A stretch of 32,060 bases of DNA, from IMG/VR virus record IMGVR_UViG_3300030060_008055, positions 1 to 32,060 of that record. One strand, given 5' to 3'. Position 1 is the stretch's first letter, and each line of letters begins with the position of its first letter. Source of the stretch: a virus. Taxonomy: Duplodnaviria; Caudoviricetes. The notes under the pieces were generated by a model. The model was not told the origin of the DNA, ran no database searches, and was given only the letters and a program-made list of their open reading frames with translations. The position numbers were made by a program, and so were the translations under genes. Of the stretch, positions 24,849 through 32,060 are shown piece by piece.

Positions 24849-26449
24849 AACGGCACCTCATCATCACTTTTTGATCCTAACACTTCATCGGTTTTAGTAA
24901 CAGTCTTTTGTTTTATTTGTTTAGGCACTGGTATTTCTTCTTGCGATCTTTCAAAAGCTGGTATTATCCATACTCTACATTGTGTTTTTCTAACATAAAC
25001 AGTAGTATTGATACCGCCTAAATCTTTTAATCTTTGTACTATCCAAACTCTTTTTACTTTAAAGTTTTTACTAGTTTCCAACCACCTTGAAAGATCAACT
25101 AATCTTAAATAAGTTGGATTTTTTTCTGAGACTTTACCATCTATTTTGAACTCTAATTTGTTGTCCATGTCTGTAAATGTTTTTTCCATCTCTAATTCGT
25201 CCATAGAAAAAGACTCGCCTCGATTTAAACAAAATTCTTTTAAATAATCCAAGAACTCACCAACTTTAGACATCTCTTCTGGGCCTTCATCAATTTTTAT
25301 ATTATCGAATAAAACAGGTAAAACCTCTTCCCAATCTTGCTCCTTCATTTTAGGAACAAATATTCTTAGCTGTCTTCCTATTTCTTTTCGTAATAATCTA
25401 TGACTATAAAGTAGATCTAAATCATCTAACTCTACTCTTTGTGCATCAATATTTAAAAACCAGGTTGCTGGATCTTTACCTAATACTGACAAATCACTAT
25501 AATTTGGATGGTCTTGTCCACTTTGATGTTTACCAAATTTTCTTGTTTTACAAACTCCTCTTCGACAAAAAGATGCAATAGGTTCTTCCGAACATCTATA
25601 AGAATATTTTGCTTTACCATCTTTATCTGTCGCTACTTGTTTTATCAACGTAGCCATTTGATTAGTATTTAAAGGAGGATCACAATATTCTATGTTGTAT
25701 TTTTCAAGCAGCTGTTCCCAATTATCTGGATCAGCTTTCCTATAGTAAATTCCTACATTGAAAACACCCATGTTTCTTGTTCCTTTAGGAAAACCTTGCG
25801 TAGATAAAATTTGTAAACAAGGCGGTCCGTCTGGAAAAACTTCTTTTTTAATTTCTATTTTTACTTTTGTAACATCATCAACAACATATTTATCATAAAG
25901 TTCTAGGAATTCTTCTAAAGTAGCGCCATCTCCATTATCGAGAAACGCCCAACGTGAGTCGCCAAAATAAGGTAAATTCAACCATGAACCTGTGTCTTTA
26001 TCATTTGCTAATTTTTCTTGTTTAGGAAATACTTCTGCTTTTGAATATCCAAGATAAGATCTTATCTCCATTAATTTTTGCCTAAACAAAGATGATGATT
26101 GTGGTTTTTTTGAAAATAAAAAGATATGTGCACCGAAACTTTTTGATGCACACATTACAAGTGGTAACTTAAAACTTCTAATTTTTTTTAAAATGCTTTT
26201 ATGATCTAAGGGATATGTATCAATATCAATACAACCCCAAACTGATGTTGCGTCATCTGTAATTGGTATAATACCAAGAGCAGGTTCAATTCCGTTTAAA
26301 TGATTTTCAAAATGTTTTAAAGTTGGTGTTTCATGTTTTGTAAACATATTACCACCTCTTTTGCCATCCTCTTCGACTTTCGTGTAACGATATTCGCCAA
26401 AAGCTCTATCTAAACCGCTAAATATTTTTTTAAATTTTTCTGCTTTCAT
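24845..26449 (-). CDS. Archaeo-eukaryotic primase (AEP/primpol)-like protein with Cys-rich C-terminal domain
   Basis: Motif I CIDID, motif II SKSFGAH and LNLPY, followed by PPC, G.RN and C-x8-C-x4-C. Sits between the SSB-like and helicase genes. Confidence 0.75.
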   Translation of the reverse strand: MKAEKFKKIFSGLDRAFGEYRYTKVEEDGKRGGNMFTKHETPTLKHFENHLNGIEPALGIIPITDDATSVWGCIDIDTYPLDHKSILKKIRSFKLPLVMCASKSFGAHIFLFSKKPQSSSLFRQKLMEIRSYLGYSKAEVFPKQEKLANDKDTGSWLNLPYFGDSRWAFLDNGDGATLEEFLELYDKYVVDDVTKVKIEIKKEVFPDGPPCLQILSTQGFPKGTRNMGVFNVGIYYRKADPDNWEQLLEKYNIEYCDPPLNTNQMATLIKQVATDKDGKAKYSYRCSEEPIASFCRRGVCKTRKFGKHQSGQDHPNYSDLSVLGKDPATWFLNIDAQRVELDDLDLLYSHRLLRKEIGRQLRIFVPKMKEQDWEEVLPVLFDNIKIDEGPEEMSKVGEFLDYLKEFCLNRGESFSMDELEMEKTFTDMDNKLEFKIDGKVSEKNPTYLRLVDLSRWLETSKNFKVKRVWIVQRLKDLGGINTTVYVRKTQCRVWIIPAFERSQEEIPVPKQIKQKTVTKTDEVLGSKSDDEVPF

Positions 26450-26456
26450 ATCGTTA

Positions 26457-26484
26457 AAATAAAAAAAGGGGGCTAAGCCCCCTT
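26457..26484 (-). terminator. Rho-independent terminator
   Basis: Minus strand AAGGGGGC-TTA-GCCCCCTT followed by a T-run, 16 nt after the stop of the 273-aa gene. Confidence 0.85.
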
Positions 26485-26500
26485 ACATAGGAATATTTAA

Positions 26501-27322
26501 TTAGCCAAGAACTTGCTGAGAAGCGCTTGCTGGAGTAACATCTTGAGAGACGTCACCGTCATCACGAGCTTCTGGAGCAGGATCAATCTGCCCACTTGAT
26601 ACAAGGTCATGGAATATTTTTGCCTCCTCAAAAATATATTTAGGATTTTTCAAATCGTTAACTGATTTTTCTAAAGTTATATTCCAACCCCACCAATCAT
26701 TTTTTTTGTTTTGCTCTTGCACAGTAGCCATTTTGTAAACATTAGCAAACATAGGTAAGGTTATCATTTGTCCTCCCGCACTTTTAACTTTTTGATTCAT
26801 CATCATGGTATTCCAATATCTTGACTTCTTATATTGAGTTTTCTGCATTATGATTTGACATCTTTCGAATGTCCCATCATCATTTAATCGCAGCACAAAA
26901 TATTCAGCTGTCAAAACAATGTAGGAGGGGCTCAATGCACCATTTATCATGTAATGATCTTCGCCGTCCGCCCCTCGTGTAAGAGGAGGGATGTCTTTTG
27001 GATCATAAATTTTAAGTGGAGCTCCAGTTCCTTCTCCTAGTGGCATCCATTCAACACCTCTAGGTCTAAAAGCACATGGTACAACAAGAATATCACCATA
27101 AAATTCTTTTGTAACAGAGTTAAAAACATGTCCTTGCTCTAGTCCTTCTACAAACTTAGCATTACTTTTTTTAACTTCTGGAGTTTGAGAGCTAGCAATT
27201 TTTAAAAATGGTATTGCCATCTCTTGAGCACCAACATTTTCAAATCCAACACCTGCTTGACTTGAAAAATCTATAACGTCTGTCGATATTTCACTTTTCT
27301 TTTTTTTCGTAACTTCGTTCAT
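26501..27322 (-). CDS. Putative single-stranded DNA-binding / annealing protein (273 aa)
   Basis: Position in the replication module, aromatic-rich beta core (IPFLKI, MxKTQxKxSRxWN, NxKxxWxGW), acidic flexible tail and its own terminator. Function is inference. Confidence 0.5.
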   Translation of the reverse strand: MNEVTKKKKSEISTDVIDFSSQAGVGFENVGAQEMAIPFLKIASSQTPEVKKSNAKFVEGLEQGHVFNSVTKEFYGDILVVPCAFRPRGVEWMPLGEGTGAPLKIYDPKDIPPLTRGADGEDHYMINGALSPSYIVLTAEYFVLRLNDDGTFERCQIIMQKTQYKKSRYWNTMMMNQKVKSAGGQMITLPMFANVYKMATVQEQNKKNDWWGWNITLEKSVNDLKNPKYIFEEAKIFHDLVSSGQIDPAPEARDDGDVSQDVTPASASQQVLG

Positions 27323-27324
27323 TG

Positions 27325-27885
27325 TTATTTTCCTTTTTTAATTTTAACTTTATTACCTGTGAAAACACTTAATAGTTCCATAGGCACTTGTTTGCCATTA
27401 GTTATTTGATCGCCAATGAAGGCATTCAAGGTCATAGGCTCGACCTTGCGTTTTTGGTCTGGATATAAACCATCTTGCTCTAAACTACTTATAAGTTTTT
27501 CCGCTGATTCGTTCTCACCCTTACCAAACCTAATTGAGACTATATTTTTAATTAAGTCTCCATGTCCATTATCCTCAAGCCATTTAAAAGCTTCAGCTTC
27601 ATTATCTTTTGTAATTGATCCTTTGTAGAATTCTTTAAAACTTACAGCGTCACCATTAAGAAGTTTAATTTCTTTAACACCACGTTTCTCCATAAGTTCT
27701 ACAATTCTATCATTAATTTGTTGCAGCTCTTTCTTTTTATTTTTTGTTGCATTTTCTAAATGAGTGATCTCACTTTCAACTTTTAAATAAGTATTAGCTA
27801 CTTCTGATATGTCTTCGACTTCTGCTATGTTTACAGTATCATCTTGTTCAGCAAGATAATTTGTAAAATCAATTTTCTCTGTCAT
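27325..27885 (-). CDS. Conserved phage hypothetical protein (186 aa)
   Basis: GAAAGGA RBS supports ATG 27885. N-terminal coiled coil, plus AF.WL..NG.GDLIKN and VEP.TL.AF motifs. Confidence 0.7.
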   Translation of the reverse strand: MTEKIDFTNYLAEQDDTVNIAEVEDISEVANTYLKVESEITHLENATKNKKKELQQINDRIVELMEKRGVKEIKLLNGDAVSFKEFYKGSITKDNEAEAFKWLEDNGHGDLIKNIVSIRFGKGENESAEKLISSLEQDGLYPDQKRKVEPMTLNAFIGDQITNGKQVPMELLSVFTGNKVKIKKGK

Positions 27886-28219
27886 AATTATTCCTTTCAT
27901 TTAAGTCTATCTGTATTGGAAAATAAGTAAAAGTTCTTCTGTCATACTTAAGCACCTTGTATTTTCCTCTATTATTATATGAAGCAACAGAACATGATAA
28001 TCCAATCATAGCTGGATCTCCGATTAAAAGCAAATAATCATCATCAGAAAAATCTCTTAACAATTGTTTTGCTTTTCTAACAGCTGGTCCAGGCGACAAC
28101 ATTATTTGTTTGCCTTCATCAAATAAAGGTATTAATTCGCCAAATTCTTGAGCCGAAATAATATTAAATTTAGATACTTCTTGTACCACAAATACTTTAC
28201 TTTTTTGTCCGTCTTTCAT
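27869..28219 (-). CDS. Hypothetical protein (116 aa)
   Basis: First gene of the leftward replication operon. SKVFVVQE, DYLLL.GDP and LK.DR motifs. Confidence 0.7.
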   Translation of the reverse strand: MKDGQKSKVFVVQEVSKFNIISAQEFGELIPLFDEGKQIMLSPGPAVRKAKQLLRDFSDDDYLLLIGDPAMIGLSCSVASYNNRGKYKVLKYDRRTFTYFPIQIDLNERNNYDREN

Positions 28220-28290
28220 CTTTCTAAATCAGCATATATTATTTTTATTTCAATGACACAATAAAAATGTTAAAATAATTTTTAGAAAGT

Positions 28291-29754
28291 ATGAATTATA
28301 CAAAATATAGCTTTAAAACTAAGCCATACAGCCATCAATTAGCTGCAATGGGTGCAATGTTAAACCACTTTTCCAGAGGTGAAAAGGAGTTTGCATTACT
28401 TATGGAAATGGGTTGTGGCAAAACAAAAGTGCTAATCGACTCTACTTCTTATCTTTATGATAACTCTTTTGTGTATGGATTGTTAATAATTTGTCCAAAT
28501 GGTGTTAAAGGAACTTGGGTTAAAGAGATAGAAACACATATGCCAGATCATGTTGAAAGAAACGTGGTTGTATGGACAGGTAAAAAAACACAAAAACACG
28601 AAGAAGAATTACAAAGTTTATTTATAACGGAGCCAGCTAAAGTTCATTTAAATATTTTAATAATGAACGTCGATGCGTTTGCAACGCAACGTGGCGTAAA
28701 ATTTGCAGATCGTTTTTTAATGACCAGACAAACATTAATGTGTGTGGATGAAAGCACAGTTATAAAAAATTCAACCGCTATTAGAACTAAATCAATAACT
28801 AAACTTGGTCGTCTTGCTAGGTATAGAGTTATAATGACAGGTTCACCAATTACGAATTCACCAGAGGATTTGTATTCACAATGTAATTTTTTAAATCATG
28901 AGCTGCTAGGCTTTAGTTCTATTTACACATTTAGAGCTCGGCACTGTCAAATGCAGCGCTTATCGTTTGGTGGTAGATCCTTTAATAAAGTAGTTGGTTA
29001 TAAAAATTTAGAAGAATTAAATTATAAATTAAAAAGGTTTTCCTATCGTGTTCTTAAAAAGGACGCTCTTGATCTTCCAGATCAAATATGGATGAAAAGA
29101 TCCGTTGCATTAACAACGGAGCAATTGGATGCATATATGCAAATGAAAAAGTTTGCATTGGTGCAGCTCAATAGCAAAACATTGACGACTACGTCGGTGC
29201 TCGCTCAAATGATAAGACTTCATCAAATAGTTTGTGGCCATTTGGCTACTGATGATGGTAAGGTGGTGTCGTTACCAAATAACCGTTTAAAAGAACTATG
29301 CGCTATTCTAGAAGAGCATGGTGAAAAAGTGATCATTTGGGCGAATTATCGTCATGATATTCAAGAGATAGAAAAAACATTAATAAAAAAATATGGGCCG
29401 CCGTCCGTGGTTACGTATTATGGTGATACGCCTCAAAATGTAAGGCAAGAATATATTCAACGATTTCAAGAAGACCCGGAAACAAAGTATTTTATTGGTC
29501 AACCAATGACAGGTGGTAGAGGTATAACTCTTACAGCTGCAAGCTTATCGGTGTTTTATTCTAATAATTATGACCTGGAAATAAGAGAACAATCTGAAGC
29601 AAGAAACCATAGAATTGGTACTGAAAATAAGGTAACATACATAGATTTAATATCCGAGGGCACGGTAGATGAAAAAATTATACTTGCTCTACGAAACAAA
29701 ATTAATTTAGCTACTTCAGTTTTAGCTGAGGAGGTTAGAAAATGGTTGGTATAA
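28291..29754 (+). CDS. SNF2-family (superfamily 2) helicase
   Basis: PY.HQ, LLMEMGCGKT, VDEST, MTGSP..N.P.DLYSQ, KVIIWA, G.GITLTAA and QSE.R.HRIG. Confidence 0.92.
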   Translation: MNYTKYSFKTKPYSHQLAAMGAMLNHFSRGEKEFALLMEMGCGKTKVLIDSTSYLYDNSFVYGLLIICPNGVKGTWVKEIETHMPDHVERNVVVWTGKKTQKHEEELQSLFITEPAKVHLNILIMNVDAFATQRGVKFADRFLMTRQTLMCVDESTVIKNSTAIRTKSITKLGRLARYRVIMTGSPITNSPEDLYSQCNFLNHELLGFSSIYTFRARHCQMQRLSFGGRSFNKVVGYKNLEELNYKLKRFSYRVLKKDALDLPDQIWMKRSVALTTEQLDAYMQMKKFALVQLNSKTLTTTSVLAQMIRLHQIVCGHLATDDGKVVSLPNNRLKELCAILEEHGEKVIIWANYRHDIQEIEKTLIKKYGPPSVVTYYGDTPQNVRQEYIQRFQEDPETKYFIGQPMTGGRGITLTAASLSVFYSNNYDLEIREQSEARNHRIGTENKVTYIDLISEGTVDEKIILALRNKINLATSVLAEEVRKWLV

Positions 29755-29970
29755 ATGATTTGTTACAATTGCAAAGGAAACGGTTTTGTTAAACTTAAAT
29801 TTGAATGCGAGATCGCAGTCACTAATTGCGAAGTCTGTAAGTCGCAGGGTGAAGTAAGAGAAAATGAATATTACCACCAATATTGGGACGATGGGGACAA
29901 CCACCCAAACTTTTACTACGGTCCGCCACTTGACCCAGAAGGATTTAAAAACTATAAAATTTTTAAATGA
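29755..29970 (+). CDS. Small Zn-finger protein (DnaJ-type CxxCxGxG)
   Basis: CYNCKGNG and CEVCKSQG motifs. Confidence 0.75.
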   Translation: MICYNCKGNGFVKLKFECEIAVTNCEVCKSQGEVRENEYYHQYWDDGDNHPNFYYGPPLDPEGFKNYKIFK

Positions 29971-30191
29971 TAAAAATATGGGTACTAATAATTTTTTTCT
30001 CCACACCACAATTGGAGACAGTAAGGCATATGGCCGAGCTTACGTACGGCGAAAATGATTGCATTACTAAAAAAGAATTAAAAGCTATTTGGGTAGAGGA
30101 GTGGGCTAGAGCTCAAAATATACAGCTTTTTTCATATGATTTACATTGCATAGAGACAAAAATGTTTGACCCAAACGGAAAAAATACTTAA
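29967..30191 (+). CDS. Hypothetical protein (74 aa) with hydrophobic N-terminus
   Basis: ATGA overlap with the upstream gene. N-terminal IKIWVLIIFF and two Cys. Confidence 0.6.
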   Translation: MIKIWVLIIFFSTPQLETVRHMAELTYGENDCITKKELKAIWVEEWARAQNIQLFSYDLHCIETKMFDPNGKNT

Positions 30192-30200
30192 ATTAAAGAC

Positions 30201-30243
30201 ATGGGGCAAGATTTTCCCTTAATTCACTTTCCTCCTGCCCCAT
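30201..30243. other. GC-rich inverted repeat with a long loop (intergenic RNA/DNA hairpin)
   Basis: ATGGGGCA (30201-30208) pairs with TGCCCCAT (30236-30243). On the minus strand the stem extends to 11 bp with one G-U pair. Confidence 0.6.
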
Positions 30244-30251
30244 ACTTTCTG

Positions 30252-30279
30252 TTGCAAAAATACCACATTATATTATACT
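30252..30279 (+). promoter_or_regulatory. Putative sigma70-like promoter
   Basis: TTGCAA-16-TATACT, upstream of AGGAGG (30293-30298) and ATG 30303. Confidence 0.45.
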
Positions 30280-30302
30280 GACTGACCGTAATAGGAGGCG
30301 TT

Positions 30303-30500
30303 ATGGATTTACCCAACAGCCCTATAAAAAAGGTAACGGAATGTAAGAACTGCGGAAGTGTTTCAGTTCAATTTTGGAATGATGCTTATAATAAATCATA
30401 TACCAAAGATGAATGGAGCTTTATTTTAGACAGTGGTATCGAAGCCCTAAAAAAAATATTAGAGCCCCTGTCCAATGATCCAAAATTCTTTTTTGATTAA
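30303..30500 (+). CDS. Hypothetical protein (65 aa) with CxxC
   Basis: Perfect AGGAGG RBS. CKNCG motif. Confidence 0.75.
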   Translation: MDLPNSPIKKVTECKNCGSVSVQFWNDAYNKSYTKDEWSFILDSGIEALKKILEPLSNDPKFFFD

Positions 30501-30694
30501 ACGGCATCTTTGTTTGGAAAGTCGGCATAACTAGAAAGTAAACTAGGTGAGCGATTTAAAGAATTAATATGCTCTTTTTCTACAATTATTTCTAGCTGCA
30601 TAGGTTTAGATAACTTTGTTCTTTTACAAAGTTTTTCAAGCAACTTTCTTGTTTTCGCTGTGATCATTTGATTGTAGTGTGTCTTTTTTTTCAT
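30497..30694 (-). CDS. Small basic protein, possible ribbon-helix-helix regulator
   Basis: AAGGAG RBS with ATG at 30700 or 30694. KKKTHYNQMIT-AKTRKLLEKLCKRTK-LSKPMQLEIIVEK fits a strand-helix-helix pattern. Confidence 0.5.
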   Translation of the reverse strand: MKKKTHYNQMITAKTRKLLEKLCKRTKLSKPMQLEIIVEKEHINSLNRSPSLLSSYADFPNKDAV

Positions 30695-30824
30695 TTTCAT
30701 TCTCCTTTAAATTATAACATTTTATACAGTAATGATTTATTCCATTACTTGTTAACATCATCAAATCATGATGATACTTCTTCCAACAATTTGTGCAATT
30801 GTAAAAATCATTGAAAGGGTTCAT
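30636..30824 (-). CDS. Small Zn-finger protein (62 aa)
   Basis: CTNC...CIKC motifs. GAGGA RBS. ATGA overlap with the upstream 42-aa ORF. Confidence 0.65.
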   Translation of the reverse strand: MNPFNDFYNCTNCWKKYHHDLMMLTSNGINHYCIKCYNLKENENEKKDTLQSNDHSENKKVA

Positions 30825-30949
30825 GGTGTTTTCCTCATGAGCTCTTCAAGCTTCCAATACCACATAATTCTAAATTCAAAATTTTCAGCGGTTATCATTG
30901 CGTGACGAAGCCAACCAACTCTGTTCCAAAATAATTGTTCTTCAGTCAT
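30821..30949 (-). CDS. Small Trp-rich protein (42 aa), not in ORF track
   Basis: GAAAGGA RBS, ATG at 30949. Translation MTEEQLFWNRVGWLRHAMITAENFEFRIMWYWKLEELMRKTP*. Stop overlaps the next ATG. Confidence 0.75.
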   Translation of the reverse strand: MTEEQLFWNRVGWLRHAMITAENFEFRIMWYWKLEELMRKTP

Positions 30950-30969
30950 TTTTTTCCTTTCTTTAATAT

Positions 30970-31004
30970 AATATTTTACTACATTATATTTATTAACGTG
31001 TCAA
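30970..31004 (-). promoter_or_regulatory. Putative promoter
   Basis: Minus strand TTGACA followed by an AT-rich tract containing TATAAT, TAGTAA and TAAAAT. The spacing is not canonical for the best -10 box. Confidence 0.35.
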
Positions 31005-31022
31005 ATGTGGCTGTTTTCTGGG

Positions 31023-31454
31023 CTATTTCCACTCTTTAACTTCTTCATAATTTAATTCTTCATCGTATTTAAGATCTTTAAAATGTGTTTTAATGATGTT
31101 CCAATGTTCTTTACTTGGGTATGAAAAATATTTTGTGTATCTAAACCAATGTTCAACGGTGGTGTAATCAATACCAGATACTTCACTTAATTGTTTTGCA
31201 TTTGTTTGTGAGCGAAGATACGTTACAAATGGTTCTTGTTCCGGGAGACGTGGTCGGTGTATCATTTCATCTTTCAAAAGTTCTTGCACTCGTGATGGAT
31301 TGTCTTTTAGTATTTCTTTAAATACCTGGATTGATAATGTTTCTTGTACTTTGTGATTTGATTGTCTTATGTTTTTTCCCATAAGAATTCTAGCTGCATA
31401 TCTCTCTGCGTTCTCCGATGAATCAATAGCAGTTGGCGTGCGCCAGAACTTCAT
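31023..31454 (-). CDS. Hypothetical protein with WRTP motif and putative helix-turn-helix (143 aa)
   Basis: N-terminal FWRTPTA.D. AKQLSEVSGIDYTTVEHWFR fits a Cro-type HTH. Confidence 0.6.
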   Translation of the reverse strand: MKFWRTPTAIDSSENAERYAARILMGKNIRQSNHKVQETLSIQVFKEILKDNPSRVQELLKDEMIHRPRLPEQEPFVTYLRSQTNAKQLSEVSGIDYTTVEHWFRYTKYFSYPSKEHWNIIKTHFKDLKYDEELNYEEVKEWK

Positions 31455-31457
31455 TTT

Positions 31458-32060
31458 TTAAACACCACACATTCCCTCATCACAGATATCATCAAACAAA
31501 TCTTGTTGATTTTTATTTGGCTCTAGGTCTGCTTCGTCTAAGGGCACTGCTGATTTGTGTAAATAAACTAGATCTGTATTTTTTTTCGTGCCTTTTCTTA
31601 TTTTTTTATCTAAAGCTACAACTTCATCCCACTCTTCTTTATTTTTTTTAATATCCTTCCACTCTTCATTGCTATGATAAGGACAAAAAGTACAAGCAGA
31701 TCTTGGTGGTCTAGGGTAATTATTTTTCTCCATCCATTGTAAACAGTGATGTCTTCGCATTTGAAATTCGATTAAAGGATAAACATTTTCAATATATTTT
31801 AATCTATTTATTCTGGTTCTTACAATTTCATCCATCGAAATACCCATTAACATCTCAACCTTTGTACCATTTTTAACTCTTTGACCTTTTTGATATCCTA
31901 GCAGCTCACGAACTTTTCTATTAATTGGGGTTATTTTATAATCCGCTGTGCATTGACGTCTTAACAAACCTTTTTTACCTGTCTCAGCATTACGAGTAAA
32001 AAGAGGTATTGACATAAATTTGTATTTACCATCAACCGCATCAATAATGTCTTGCTTTAA
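31458..32060 (-). CDS. PAPS-reductase-like (PP-loop / adenine nucleotide alpha hydrolase) protein, 5'-truncated
   Basis: Frame is open to the window edge (LKQDIIDAVDGKYKFMSIP...). RQCT.DYKI.PI, GIS.DE..R, YPL, PPRSACTFCP and C-terminal CDEGMC motifs. Confidence 0.75.
   Translation of the reverse strand, partial: LKQDIIDAVDGKYKFMSIPLFTRNAETGKKGLLRRQCTADYKITPINRKVRELLGYQKGQRVKNGTKVEMLMGISMDEIVRTRINRLKYIENVYPLIEFQMRRHHCLQWMEKNNYPRPPRSACTFCPYHSNEEWKDIKKNKEEWDEVVALDKKIRKGTKKNTDLVYLHKSAVPLDEADLEPNKNQQDLFDDICDEGMCGV

Noticed and set aside
21305-31020. CAGAAAAC at 21305-21312 (+) and 31013-31020 (-), each upstream of a TTGAC
   Set aside because: Only two copies, in opposite orientation relative to their promoters. 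Too weak without statistics.
20764-31651. ORFs 20764-21057, 21865-22050, 22406-22597, 22664-22855, 27416-27628, 29722-30009, 29864-30058 and 31433-31651
   Set aside because: They are antisense or out-of-frame overlaps of polymerase, helicase-region and other better-supported genes.
1-32060. tRNA, rRNA, intron/intein, transposase or integrase
   Set aside because: No cloverleaf-like sequence in the few intergenic gaps. Polymerase and helicases are of normal length with contiguous motifs. No recombinase motifs seen.

Overview
AT-rich fragment of a tailed dsDNA bacteriophage genome. No host housekeeping genes, rRNA, tRNA, CRISPR array or integrase are visible. Gene content and base composition suggest a marine podovirus-like phage, plausibly a SAR11/pelagiphage type; this is inference and was not searched. 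Layout: (1) tail fibre and collar genes on + (1-1813). (2) A minus-strand block (1810-10543) that interleaves virion structural genes with seven 2OG-Fe(II) dioxygenase genes (one frameshifted and missed by the ORF track) and a GT-A glycosyltransferase. (3) A + strand operon of putative internal virion/DNA-ejection proteins (10678-20546) carrying several repeated short peptide motifs. (4) A minus-strand replication module: family A DNA polymerase with Leu at the 762-equivalent position, UvrD-like helicase, AEP primase with a 4-Cys domain, and an SSB-like protein. (5) A divergent SNF2 helicase and small Zn-finger/regulatory genes. (6) A PAPS-reductase-like gene running off the right edge. Six small ORFs absent from the ORF track were found by reading the sequence. 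The strongest leads are the oxygenase/glycosyltransferase cluster and the motif grammar of the ejection proteins: REGE repeats, xxxGG/RxxGS motifs, a 7n+4 periodic coiled coil and a cecropin-like segment.
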